In this document: positions 30,983 to 40,670 of the stretch, in pieces | How positions within the stretch are numbered: position 1 is the first letter of the stretch | How the letters are laid out: every line of letters begins with the position of its first letter | Assembly: GCA_965195285.1 (NCBI GenBank) | Contig: CBDAFS010000062.1 | Coordinates: 96,001-160,000 of the forward strand | Reading direction: 5' to 3' | Source: an uncultured Aminicenantes bacterium | Lineage (GTDB): Bacteria; Acidobacteriota; Aminicenantia; UBA2199 | DNA length: 64,000 bases | Position numbers and translations under genes: made by a program | The notes under the pieces: model-generated | The model's input: only the letters and a program-made list of their open reading frames with translations | Told to the model about the DNA's origin: nothing | The model's database searches: none

Positions 30983-31007
30983 CGGGGCAGGCCCAAGGCC
31001 TGCCCCG
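30983..31007. other. GC-rich intergenic hairpin (mRNA stabiliser or attenuator)
   Basis: CGGGGCAGGCC-CAA-GGCCTGCCCCG perfect 11-bp stem right after the comEA stop. Confidence 0.65.
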
Positions 31008-31015
31008 GGTAAAAA

Positions 31016-31309
31016 TTAAACGGTGATCCGGTCTTTCAGCTTAACAAACAACTTTTCACCGATACCTTTCACCTTCATCAACTCTTCAATCCTCTTGAAT
31101 TTTCCATTCTGTTTTCTGAAATTGACAATGCGCAGGGCAATTTTCTCACCGATTCTGGGTAGGGTGGCAAGCTGTTTAACCGTAGCCGTGTTGATATTGA
31201 TCCGCTTCGAAGCGGTTGACTGCTTCTCAGCCGCCTTGACCTGACCAACCAAAACCATAAACAAACTGATCACCAGTAAAACCGAAATGAATCTTTTTAA
31301 AACCACCAT
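31016..31309 (-). CDS. comEA: ComEA family DNA-binding protein (helix-hairpin-helix)
   Basis: Signal peptide, ININTA, LPRIG..A.RI, VKGIGEK; AGGAGG RBS before ATG 31309. Confidence 0.92.
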   Translation of the reverse strand: MVVLKRFISVLLVISLFMVLVGQVKAAEKQSTASKRININTATVKQLATLPRIGEKIALRIVNFRKQNGKFKRIEELMKVKGIGEKLFVKLKDRITV

Positions 31310-31634
31310 GTGAACCTCCTTACCCCAGGTTAACAATTCTCATGCCAAATCCGGGGCTCGAGTCCAGAAAAAAACAATAACCTGATCAGTAAAGGATCTT
31401 CCCGATTCGGCCCCATTCATTTTCAAATCCCGGGCGTAAACAAAAACTTACTGTAGAGCAGATAAAGGTAAACCAGAACTGACACTCACGGAAAAAAATC
31501 AGGACCTGGCCAGACAAAATAAATCTCCGTAATGACCGATATTGGCACATTTTAGCTAAAAACTGCCATTTCGAAAATCGCCTGGCACCATTCTTGAACA
31601 GTGAACAATGGATTTTATTTTGAAGGAGAGTCAG

Positions 31635-32027
31635 ATGAACAAAAACAGAGGTAACCGACATTCAAGGCCGCATCAATCAACCGGGTTCACCTTGATCGAG
31701 ACCCTGGTCTCTTTCTTCCTGGTGTTCATGGGAGTGTTGTTCATAACCCAGATAATTTTTTTCTCATTGGATTACTATAAAAAATCTTTGCTGAGATTGA
31801 ACTTGCAGCAAAAACTTCAATCCGAGACCCAGTTGCTGACCTCTAAACCATTCGACGCCACCGAACTGAACACGGGGATATATGTTAAAGAGGATGACCC
31901 GTTTAAAATCAGTTGGGAAGTTTTTGACTTGACCCCGACCATTAAAAAAATTGTCCTCTCAGTCGGTAACAAACAGTTTTCCCGGATGATTTGTTTCTTC
32001 AAATCAAAATATATTTTCACCATTTAA
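31635..32027 (+). CDS. Type IV minor pilin (PilV-like)
   Basis: Class III signal G|FTLIE followed by a hydrophobic helix; AAGGAG RBS. Confidence 0.8.
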   Translation: MNKNRGNRHSRPHQSTGFTLIETLVSFFLVFMGVLFITQIIFFSLDYYKKSLLRLNLQQKLQSETQLLTSKPFDATELNTGIYVKEDDPFKISWEVFDLTPTIKKIVLSVGNKQFSRMICFFKSKYIFTI

Positions 32028-32042
32028 ATCAAGGAGGCCAAG

Positions 32043-32735
32043 ATGAATAGCGGATTTAGCATTTTAGAAATTCTGATTGCCTTAGCCATCAGTTTGAGTA
32101 TTCTTTCAATTGTCATTATCAATGTTTCCCAGACCTCGTCAATATCCAAAAAGGTGACCACCAAACAGCAGAGACTGGAATCAATATTCCACACGGTGGA
32201 TACCATAAAATCTGATCTGACCAAATGTGGAATGAGATTGCAGGAGGCCGGCAAACATTTTGATCTCTCATTCTTCGAACACACATCCAGTCACTTCACG
32301 GTGGTTTACGGAACCGGTAGTGAGGTTCTCATCACCGACTCTGAAAAGGGCGAGAAGGTCATCGAGATTGATCAGAATCAATATTTTAAAAAAAACAAAA
32401 AGGTATTGATCTATAACCTGGATCAGGGTTCTTTTGAATACAATGAAATAAAAAATATCAAAAAGGGCCTGATCACACTGTCCGAAAACCTGAAAAACCC
32501 CTACCCCGCTAATTCTCCGATCATCCTTCTGAAGCAGGTGGAGTACAAACTGTATGCCAAACAAAACATCCTGAAACGAAAAGTGGATCAAGGAAATTTT
32601 CAACCGCTCATCGAAGAATTAACAGATTTTTATATCAATTTCTTTTCAGAATCCAGATCGGTATTGTACAAGATCGAAGTAAACAGCAGGGAACAGATCA
32701 GGGGGTATATATTCCTGATCAACACGGTGGCATGA
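32043..32735 (+). CDS. Type IV minor pilin (PilW-like)
   Basis: G|FSILEILIAL prepilin motif, D..KCG segment; AGGAGG RBS. Confidence 0.8.
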   Translation: MNSGFSILEILIALAISLSILSIVIINVSQTSSISKKVTTKQQRLESIFHTVDTIKSDLTKCGMRLQEAGKHFDLSFFEHTSSHFTVVYGTGSEVLITDSEKGEKVIEIDQNQYFKKNKKVLIYNLDQGSFEYNEIKNIKKGLITLSENLKNPYPANSPIILLKQVEYKLYAKQNILKRKVDQGNFQPLIEELTDFYINFFSESRSVLYKIEVNSREQIRGYIFLINTVA

Positions 32736-34093
32736 TGAAACTCCAAAGACCGGCAGCCGCAAAATCAAGGGGCAGTATGATCCTGGCCATATTGTTTGTT
32801 GTTTTCCTCTCCCTGGCCGGAATGGCCCTGCTCACCCATACCCTTGTCCACCAGCGCATCCTGTCTGCCCGGGCAAAAAAAATTATTGAAACCGAAAGGA
32901 TTTACCAGGAGCTCATATTTTATCAGCATCAATTCAGGGAAAAGGTCTTCGGGGATAATCTTTTAAATATCCACTGGCCGGAATCCGACTATTTCAACCC
33001 GGACATTTTTCCGGATGTTCGGATCAATCAGGTCCTGATAAAAAACTCCTTTTCAAACCGTATTCAACAACAGGACGATTATCGAAAAATCAGAATCATC
33101 GATACCATCCAGGTCCATTCTCTGAAAAGCAACTATCAATTGAAGACAGATGTCATCATTGATCTGCTTACCGGTAATATACCGCTCCATTTAATCACCT
33201 TCTTTCTCCAGGCCAAAATCGAAATCCCGGAAGATATTTATCTGAAAGAAAACCATATTGAAGTCAAAACCCGGGGGCAGTACCTGATGGGAGACATCCC
33301 GGTGGATTTTGATGTGACCGGGTTTCTGGCCGATGCCCTGAAAATTCAGGGTAATCAACTCAGCTGGGCGGAAATCAGAAAAAAGTTCGGATTCGATATC
33401 TCGGATGAACCCATCGAAAAGGGCATTTATATCCTTGCCGAAGATGGCCGGGTTGAATCCATATTCATCCAGGGAGATCTGCAGAAGTTGATTTTTTCAA
33501 CCCGGGAGGAAATTCAGGAAATCCAATTTTATCTGGGTGGCCAATGTTATCAGCTCAGCTATCAACCGCAGGAGGACTATTTCCGGTGCTGGGACCCGCA
33601 AATACCGGTTCAATCCGTTTTCAATCAGAAAATAATCGTAAACGGAAATCTGTGGAGTCTGGAACAGAGCCAACAGTTCGCATTTCTGGAAAGTACAAAT
33701 ATCAAACTGTTAGTGTCGGGCCAGACCGTGATCACCACTTCCCTGGAAACCAAAAACCTGAACATTGAAAAAATCAGGCTGAACAACCTGACCCTGATTG
33801 GCGGTACCCATGACCTGTACCCGACGGGAAACAGCCAGCCCGGTGTCACGGTAGATATAGAGGGAAAAGCCATTATCCAGGCCACCATACTGGTTCAGGG
33901 TCGTTTTGAAAACCGGAATGAGGAACTGGAAATATCCGGAAGCTTATTTGCCGAAGAAGTACACAATCAAGGCCGGATGGCCATTCATTCAACCAATTCC
34001 GGGTTTGATTCGGGTACTTATTTTCACACCGGAATCATCACCCTCATTATTGATTTCTTCATTGATTTTGTCGAGGAGGTATACGATGTCTGA
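32732..34093 (+). CDS. PilX/GspK-like large minor pilin
   Basis: RG|SMILAIL prepilin motif without Glu5 (typical of PilX/GspK); beta-rich C-terminus; position in the cluster. Confidence 0.65.
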   Translation: MMKLQRPAAAKSRGSMILAILFVVFLSLAGMALLTHTLVHQRILSARAKKIIETERIYQELIFYQHQFREKVFGDNLLNIHWPESDYFNPDIFPDVRINQVLIKNSFSNRIQQQDDYRKIRIIDTIQVHSLKSNYQLKTDVIIDLLTGNIPLHLITFFLQAKIEIPEDIYLKENHIEVKTRGQYLMGDIPVDFDVTGFLADALKIQGNQLSWAEIRKKFGFDISDEPIEKGIYILAEDGRVESIFIQGDLQKLIFSTREEIQEIQFYLGGQCYQLSYQPQEDYFRCWDPQIPVQSVFNQKIIVNGNLWSLEQSQQFAFLESTNIKLLVSGQTVITTSLETKNLNIEKIRLNNLTLIGGTHDLYPTGNSQPGVTVDIEGKAIIQATILVQGRFENRNEELEISGSLFAEEVHNQGRMAIHSTNSGFDSGTYFHTGIITLIIDFFIDFVEEVYDV

Positions 34094-34556
34094 TCGCAGC
34101 AAACATGTTTGCTTTCGCCATGTGTCCCAACACCGGCCCGGAGGGTTCACGGTTTTTGAACTGCTGATTGCGGTGGCCCTGTGCGGACTGTTGATCACGG
34201 TTGGTTTTTCGGGCTTCCGTTCATTTCAACTTAACAACCGGACCAACCAGATGATCCGCACCGTCACCTCTGCCTTCAGCACGGCCCGATACCGGGCCAT
34301 TGAAAACAACAAATCAATCAAGGTGTGCCTGGAAACCTCCAAGATGGTCCTGAAACTGAAGGAGGCTTCGGAATGGCAACCCTATCTTGATTTTCAACTC
34401 CCCCCTGACCAGACCATCACCATGAATGCCTCGCCGGTTTTTTACCCGACCGGGTTTGCTTCCCCCCTGTGTTCGGTAATCATAAAAAATGAAAAGTATG
34501 AATACAAGATCACCATTTCCATAGCCGGCCGGATCAAGGTGGTCAAAATATCTTGA
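34086..34556 (+). CDS. FimT/GspH-like minor pilin
   Basis: G|FTVFELLI, ARYRAI, F.PTG, terminal GRIK. Start moved to ATG 34086 (GAGG RBS). Confidence 0.8.
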   Translation: MSDRSKHVCFRHVSQHRPGGFTVFELLIAVALCGLLITVGFSGFRSFQLNNRTNQMIRTVTSAFSTARYRAIENNKSIKVCLETSKMVLKLKEASEWQPYLDFQLPPDQTITMNASPVFYPTGFASPLCSVIIKNEKYEYKITISIAGRIKVVKIS

Positions 34557-34607
34557 CGAAAAAGGAAAAAGGGGAACGATGATGATCCCGGTGTTGAAAC
34601 TTTGTAT

Positions 34608-35792
34608 TTAAAACGCTGCGATGAGTCCCACCCCGGCCCGAACATACTCACCCAGAAACGACTTTAAAAGATAATTAACCTCTCCGACCAATCGCAGGTT
34701 CCTTCTTAATAAAAATCCCACATGAGCACTGAATGACTGGTAATTCATTTCTTCTTCCTCAAAATTCACCCAGTTATAGAGCAAAACAGCGTATAAATGA
34801 CTATTATCTCCCCAGGGCGTCAAAATCATTTCAGCAAACCCACCCCGGGTTTCCATTTCCATATCCCCTTCACCAGCTATAAACATGGGATTGCTGTCAT
34901 TTCTTATCATGTACTGGAACTTGAATTCCACAACAGGAAACTGCAGGCTGGCATCCACTCCCCATAACCAGATCCGGTTAACTCCCTCACCCATGTCACT
35001 GGCTTCCTTTCCATAATAGGCACAGGCACCAATGGAAAAGTACTTTCCGATTTCCTGGATTACCCGTCCGAAAAGGTTTTTATATTTATCAGAGTCAAAA
35101 TTTTCAAATGGATCTGCCGGGTCTATGCCACTGCCATTCAAGACTTCTATGGTGAAATCGGTCCCGGTTTTAAAACCGAAGTTAAACATCAGTCCCCGGT
35201 CATAGGTCAGATTAATGGCGGATAATCCCGGCCGGGCCCTGTAAATCTCATAATCTTCAAAGGTCAAACGCAACTCCCGTTTGAACAGAGGATCAGAAAC
35301 CTGAAATTGACCCAGAGAAGCTGAAATGCCGCTGCCAAAGATATCATTGAACATCATAAACGCATCTTCGAGTCCGGCCACCTCACCCCGTTCTCCCAGG
35401 AAAAAATAAAAATAATAAGAAATATTCTTTCCAATGGTTCCTCCGGAGAGGAGTTTTACAATGTAGGGCGAGGCAAAATCAAACTGATCGGAACTGGAAT
35501 TGTTGTAGTACATGTGCCCTTCCAGACGCACAGCAATGGGAAGGTCCCTGATGAGTGAAAGTTTTTCATCTCCGGTATCCACATAATAACGGGGAACTTC
35601 CTTATCCGCCAATCGAAAACCGTTTCCGGCAAATTCTTCACCGTACGCTTTGAGACGGGGAAAAGGATTGTGGCAAACATTGCAGGACATCTTATGTTTT
35701 CGGGCAAACGCCGGCATCCCGGTCAATGACTCGGTTAGTACCAGCAGTACAAATATGGCAATGGAGATAAAAAGTATATTTTTTTTCATCAT
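34608..35792 (-). CDS. Cyc2-like monoheme cytochrome c fused to an outer-membrane beta-barrel
   Basis: Signal peptide, PAFARKH-x3-CNVCH-x3-PRL..GEEF...GF, alternating beta strands, C-terminal Phe; GGAGG RBS. Confidence 0.78.
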   Translation of the reverse strand: MMKKNILFISIAIFVLLVLTESLTGMPAFARKHKMSCNVCHNPFPRLKAYGEEFAGNGFRLADKEVPRYYVDTGDEKLSLIRDLPIAVRLEGHMYYNNSSSDQFDFASPYIVKLLSGGTIGKNISYYFYFFLGERGEVAGLEDAFMMFNDIFGSGISASLGQFQVSDPLFKRELRLTFEDYEIYRARPGLSAINLTYDRGLMFNFGFKTGTDFTIEVLNGSGIDPADPFENFDSDKYKNLFGRVIQEIGKYFSIGACAYYGKEASDMGEGVNRIWLWGVDASLQFPVVEFKFQYMIRNDSNPMFIAGEGDMEMETRGGFAEMILTPWGDNSHLYAVLLYNWVNFEEEEMNYQSFSAHVGFLLRRNLRLVGEVNYLLKSFLGEYVRAGVGLIAAF

Positions 35793-35799
35793 AATCCTC

Positions 35800-37161
35800 C
35801 TAATCATAAATGGTTATCGATGTCGAATGACTGTTCACTTTGATAATCTCAGTTTCATCCGAAGGAACATTGAGAAAATCAGCCACCGGTTTCACCAGTT
35901 TTTGATAGTTCATTGTTGCGGTTACTACAAATACCCCCTCGGCAATATCATCCGGAAGGGTAAAGGTAAATGTCTCAATTTTTGTCCCCCGGGGAGAAAA
36001 ACGGTAATCAACTCCCAGTGATTTTGTGTTCCACTGTTGGATGGTCATCCGTCCCTGAGGATCAAAATAAGGCATGCGAAAAATTCGATCCCCAAAAGGG
36101 ACACCATCCCGTTGTACTCCGGCAAAATCAGGTTCATCCAACGCAATTCCCATATCCTGGTAGGCCAGGATATCGCTGGCTATAGTATATTCCTCTCCGG
36201 CAAATCCTTTTTTATCGACCGGAAGGTGATAGGTTTTCCCATTGGCATCGCGTCCCTCAACATGCAACCAGACGATGCGATCCTCCACCGAACCCGTGGG
36301 GAATTTATGACCGGTTTTTTGATTAAACAGCACGACGGTAAATTTTACCATATCACCGGGTTCTGCTTCGCGGGTATCCGGGTGAACACGTACCTCAATC
36401 GTCCCGGCGATTTTGCCCGGGTCATGAGCGCCATGAAAAAGGTGCTGCCGGATATCGGGATATTTCTCGGCCATTTCAGCCGAAACTCCCGGAGCGTAGG
36501 TCATATGACAATCATGACAGCGTACACCTTCCCGGGCATAAGGACCTTCTTTCCATTCCAGATGAGTGGACTTTACCCAGATACCATATGGACTTTTTTC
36601 GTTGTGACAGGTTCCGCAAAATTCCGACTTTGACAGGAAATCTGATTTCTGAGTAGCATGTGCCGGCGATACGGCTCCTTCGCGGGGGCCGTATTTTATG
36701 CGGCCAGGCTCGGATACAAAATTAAAATTATGGGGAACTTCACCCTGAAATCCGGTGACCGTATGACATACGTCACAGGAGACCGATTCATTTGCCCGGC
36801 TGTTGGCTTCGGGTCTGGGAGGAGGCACATCACCGGCCAGGAAAGCAATCGGTGAATGACACCCGTTACACCCCGCCTTGACATCAGCAACCATCGGGTC
36901 CTTGTCTGCATGGGGGATTGCCAGCTTAAAATACTCAATTTCGTCCCAGTGGTGTGTATATGCCTGGGACATCATGGCCTGGGTCCACTGCTGATATATA
37001 TCGGTATGGCAGGACGTTCCGCAAACACCCGGTTTTTCATAATCCTTATATGACCGGCTGCCGAGCGCTTCTTCTCCGCTTTTGACCAATCCTTGAGCCA
37101 CCAGCACCAAAGCCAAAACAATCACAATTGACAAATATAAAATCCAAGGTTTGATTTTCAT
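35800..37161 (-). CDS. Periplasmic multiheme cytochrome c (c554-like N-terminal region; four CxxCH plus one CxxxCH)
   Basis: N-terminal signal or anchor; CGTSCH, CNGCH, CDVCH, CGTCH, CHDCH; GHKFPTG motif. Confidence 0.88.
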   Translation of the reverse strand: MKIKPWILYLSIVIVLALVLVAQGLVKSGEEALGSRSYKDYEKPGVCGTSCHTDIYQQWTQAMMSQAYTHHWDEIEYFKLAIPHADKDPMVADVKAGCNGCHSPIAFLAGDVPPPRPEANSRANESVSCDVCHTVTGFQGEVPHNFNFVSEPGRIKYGPREGAVSPAHATQKSDFLSKSEFCGTCHNEKSPYGIWVKSTHLEWKEGPYAREGVRCHDCHMTYAPGVSAEMAEKYPDIRQHLFHGAHDPGKIAGTIEVRVHPDTREAEPGDMVKFTVVLFNQKTGHKFPTGSVEDRIVWLHVEGRDANGKTYHLPVDKKGFAGEEYTIASDILAYQDMGIALDEPDFAGVQRDGVPFGDRIFRMPYFDPQGRMTIQQWNTKSLGVDYRFSPRGTKIETFTFTLPDDIAEGVFVVTATMNYQKLVKPVADFLNVPSDETEIIKVNSHSTSITIYD

Positions 37162-37412
37162 ACCCGATCCTCCCGTTTAAATCAAAATTCTGAAAAAAAT
37201 AGTTTCTACCTTCCTCAGGATAAAGGCTAACTTTATTCATTTACTTTTTATTATAATGAATGCAAATCGGAATTTCAACCGCTTGAAATAAAAAATTCAA
37301 TTGAGTATCATGGATTTTTAGGTGGTTTAAAAGCGTTCACAAAATGTTGTGATTGAGGTTTTTTTATTCATGTCTATATCAATAAAACAAAAAAATTGCA
37401 GGAAGGGGTAAA

Positions 37413-37718
37413 ATGAAAAAAATTTATATGGGAACTATTATTTTGTTGGTTATTGTGTTTTTATCCGCCTGTTTAGCAGGGCCAAATCCCATGGAAAAAA
37501 AATCGAATGAAGAGGGAAAAGTGGCGGGATTCTGGAAAGGGCTGTGGCATGGTTTTATTGCTCCCATAACCTTTATCATTTCCATATTCAGCTATAAGGT
37601 TCGATTTTATGAGGTTTACAACAGCGGATTCTGGTATAATTTTGGTTTTGTTTTTGCTGCAGGACTTTTCTTAAGCGGTGGTATTTTAGGAAGGAAAAAA
37701 AAGAAAAGAAAAAAATAA
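37413..37718 (+). CDS. Small conserved hypothetical lipoprotein/membrane protein
   Basis: Lipobox-like LSAC, AGFWKGLWHG, YEVYNSG.WYNFGF motif, basic tail; RBS present. Confidence 0.7.
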   Translation: MKKIYMGTIILLVIVFLSACLAGPNPMEKKSNEEGKVAGFWKGLWHGFIAPITFIISIFSYKVRFYEVYNSGFWYNFGFVFAAGLFLSGGILGRKKKKRKK

Positions 37719-37730
37719 AAGCCCCGTCCC

Positions 37731-38147
37731 TCAAATTTTACTCGCAGGTTTCTTGGACAGGACGAACGCGACAGCCTCCTTCACCGTTCCCTCAAATGCC
37801 ATAAAAGTAATTTGCTGTCCCTCCAGAGCGCCCTTCATTTTATCCCCAACCATGCCCGCCACAAAAATCGTGGCTTTTTTCTCTGCCAAGAAACCCGCAC
37901 ACCCGACACCGGCCCTGCGGTCATGTTTCCAGAAAGGACTTTCGTGCAATTCCAGTAGCTTTCCTTTCTCATCAAAGAACTGCAGATATTGGCCGCGTGC
38001 TCCTTTGTAGGCGACCTGGGTATCGGGGGTCTTTCCATCGCAGGCAACAGCGATCTTCAGCGACGGTTTTTCCTGGCCACCGATGATTGGAAATATTCCC
38101 AAAACCAGTAATACGAGAATCCCTACCATACAGGTTTTCTTATTCAT
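37731..38147 (-). CDS. NifB/NifX (dinitrogenase FeMo-cofactor-binding) family protein with N-terminal signal peptide
   Basis: KIAVA...ARGQYLQFFD...AG...A.FL......VAG.VG..M...L....I....GTVKEAV pattern; AAGGAG RBS. Confidence 0.7.
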   Translation of the reverse strand: MNKKTCMVGILVLLVLGIFPIIGGQEKPSLKIAVACDGKTPDTQVAYKGARGQYLQFFDEKGKLLELHESPFWKHDRRAGVGCAGFLAEKKATIFVAGMVGDKMKGALEGQQITFMAFEGTVKEAVAFVLSKKPASKI

Positions 38148-38665
38148 GATAACTCCTTATGCCGGCATAACGGACGGTTCTCCCTATGCCGGAGCATGAG
38201 TCTTCTCCCAAAAGACCGCGGACCATATTGGCCACCGCCCCACTTCTTTTTATTTTATATTATATCCCTCGGAATTGTCAAAAAAAAATAGCGCTTGGTC
38301 TACACTCTTGACAGATCGCAGTCAAATGAATCCAGTCATAGCTGCTTGAGTACCAAAAAGTCAAAAAGTAAACAACCATCCCCCCATTTTGGTATGCCAA
38401 AGATAGGATGATATCGTCAAGAAATCAAGCACCTCATTTATGCAACCTATACATTTTTTTGATATTATTTAAAAATCATGATATATTATCTCTTAAAAGT
38501 AATATAGTTTCCTTTTTATATTGTTTTGTGAAAACTATATTATATCATTAATGAGGCTATATTGACTTTATTATTGAGTAAATTACATAAAATCATTATT
38601 TATGCAATTGGTTCAATTAAAAAGGAAATTTTTATTTTTTCTAAGAGAGAAAGAAGGAGGTATCA

Positions 38666-39073
38666 ATGAATATGAGTCTATTTTCTGGCCCTTCTCCCGA
38701 GGAACAGAAGAAGCTGTATCGGAAGTCTCACAATATAAGTGCCATAGCGATTTTTACTGGACTTTTTGCAGCCATATTTCTTGTTATTGGGATCTTCACA
38801 GTGGCCAATCCACTGGAACACGGACTAACTCCAGGGGAATCCATTGGCTACTTTTTCGGGTATCTTGTTTTCAGCACGTTCTACGCACTCACCATGGTGG
38901 GACTACTTCGGCGAACTTCTTGGGGTCGCACACTGGGAATAATTGCTTGGCTTCCCTTAGCGGTAGGCCTCATTGGAATCTATATAGTTTGGGTTCTCTT
39001 TACCTCATCAGAGTTTTTTGGTGCGAACAGAATCACTCACAAAGAACTTTTGAAGACCCTGAAAAATGAATGA
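38666..39073 (+). CDS. Hypothetical membrane protein (about three TMs)
   Basis: AGGAGG RBS, hydrophobic helices, WGRTLGI motif. Confidence 0.7.
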   Translation: MNMSLFSGPSPEEQKKLYRKSHNISAIAIFTGLFAAIFLVIGIFTVANPLEHGLTPGESIGYFFGYLVFSTFYALTMVGLLRRTSWGRTLGIIAWLPLAVGLIGIYIVWVLFTSSEFFGANRITHKELLKTLKNE

Positions 39074-39229
39074 CTTGCCTCCATTTATTAATGGGGGGGG
39101 TGACGGTGCTTTACATCTTGACAATTCCATTTTTTCCTGATCCTTACCTTTCTTACTCGCTCACTTTTTCACTTTATTACTAATAAGTTTCGATTCCATC
39201 GGGGGTCATTTTATTATCCCTCACTTTCA

Positions 39230-39479
39230 ATACTTCAAAAGACCGTCCCCTTTTTCGTCCCTCAAAGTCTTTTTTGGAGTCTCTATAGGGTTCTAACTGA
39301 CTGGCAGAGACCTCGGTTCTGTGGCATGGGGTCAAATCTTTATTATTGACAAAATAAAAAACTTATTATAATCAATGATTCAATTAATCACATTATCTGC
39401 TAATGTTTTCAAAGCATTTGTCAATAATAAAGATTTGACCCCTATTTTTTTCTATACTTCAAAAGACCGTCCCCTTTTT
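39230..39479 (+). repeat. Identical 26-bp direct repeat ATACTTCAAAAGACCGTCCCCTTTTT
   Basis: Copies at 39230-39255 and 39454-39479. Confidence 0.9.
39328..39442. mobile_element. 115-bp MITE/REPIN-like element with perfect 26-bp terminal inverted repeats
   Basis: GGGGTCAAATCTTTATTATTGACAAA (39328-39353) and its exact reverse complement (39417-39442) around an AT-rich core. Confidence 0.75.
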
Positions 39480-39724
39480 GAGAAGGGCTAATCGTTACCA
39501 TTGAATTAAATCTTAAGCCGATTTTGAAAAAAAATCAAAAAAATTGGTCTATTTATTTGACAATGGACTTCTAATGGATGACCTCATTTTACGAAAACGG
39601 AACCGCCGTTTGAACAAAAAGTAATAAAGTAAGGCACCGTCCCCAATTTTTTCACCTTAAAAGCCCCCGTTAGTCTCTTTGGTTGATGGTTTTTTTTTTA
39701 GAAAGTGTAAGTTGAGTTTTTTAC

Positions 39725-40519
39725 TTATTTTAATTCAGATTTAAAATTTAGAAGTCCAACTAATTTTTTTGTTTGTTCAAAACTAAGAGCACTATCGGAT
39801 TCCCCTGATAAAACCTTTCCTATCTCAGAAATTATTCTTTGTTCTACTGTCATTTGCATAAACTTAATTTTCTCAATTACCCTATTGTTTAATTCATCAA
39901 TTTCTTTTTCATATAATACATATGGAAGAAGTTGCTCTACTACTGTATCTTTATACCATTCTGCTATTTCACCTTTTTTTTTCCCTTCATCAAGTATATG
40001 ACATATTCGAAATATTAAAGTAACATAGATATCAAAAAGGGAATGTAAAAAGCTACCTATGAAGGGTTTGTATTTTGCTGTGTTGTCAGTGAAATCTGTT
40101 GCGGCTTTTAGAAGGTTGTCAGTTGTAATATAAGAAAAGAGGAACTCAAGCTCAACATTTTTCACTAAGGATGTATAATCTTTTGGCTGAAATAGATCTA
40201 TAACAGTGAATATTGAAGTGAGGTTGCTATATTTAATTTTTATTAGAGCCTCCCAGAATATTTTTATTGCTTTTAGTCTTTGATTAAAGGAAGCAAGATT
40301 AATTGATGTTAAAGTAGATGTTGAAACACGAAGCTGCTCTTTGGCAATTCCATACTCTGCTGTTAATTGAGCTTTTAATGTTAAAAGTTTTTGGGAATAT
40401 TCAAATTCTATGGATTTTTTCAGTCTTTCAGTAATCCAACTTTTTGTAATCCAAATTAGTATAAAATATAAAAACGCGCTTCCTCCCATTGAAACGACTA
40501 TAGTTTCTATATTTGTCAT
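39725..40519 (-). CDS. Hypothetical AT-rich protein, N-terminal TM plus coiled coil
   Basis: 264-aa ORF with AAGGAG RBS and codon usage unlike the housekeeping genes. Confidence 0.7.
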   Translation of the reverse strand: MTNIETIVVSMGGSAFLYFILIWITKSWITERLKKSIEFEYSQKLLTLKAQLTAEYGIAKEQLRVSTSTLTSINLASFNQRLKAIKIFWEALIKIKYSNLTSIFTVIDLFQPKDYTSLVKNVELEFLFSYITTDNLLKAATDFTDNTAKYKPFIGSFLHSLFDIYVTLIFRICHILDEGKKKGEIAEWYKDTVVEQLLPYVLYEKEIDELNNRVIEKIKFMQMTVEQRIISEIGKVLSGESDSALSFEQTKKLVGLLNFKSELK

Positions 40520-40670
40520 AGATTCTCCTTAAATTGAACATGTAACAAATTCATCTCTCACAATGCATTTATATGATAATAATATAGCACATCTGACTTT
40601 GTATTAAAAATATAGAATCGAATAAACTTGAAATTTAATTTCATATCAATATAATTGGAGTGGAGAGATA

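Noticed and set aside
31542-31558. TTGGCACATTTTAGC as a sigma54 promoter
   Set aside because: GG-to-GC spacing is 9 nt rather than the required 10.
33906-34085. Longer start for the FimT-like pilin
   Set aside because: Overlaps the PilX-like gene by about 190 bp; ATG 34086 has an RBS and gives a normal prepilin leader.
37731-38147. Evidence for nitrogen fixation
   Set aside because: NifB/NifX-like domains are widespread in non-diazotrophs, and there are no nifHDK genes in the window.
38602-39069. 155-aa alternative-frame ORF
   Set aside because: Overlaps the 135-aa membrane-protein ORF, which has a strong AGGAGG RBS and coherent TM helices.
39346-39372. TTGACA...TATAAT inside the 115-bp element as a strong promoter
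   Set aside because: The spacer is only 15 bp and no gene follows.
39230-39479. 26-bp direct repeats as a CRISPR array
   Set aside because: Only two copies, about 200 bp apart, with no regular spacers and no cas genes.
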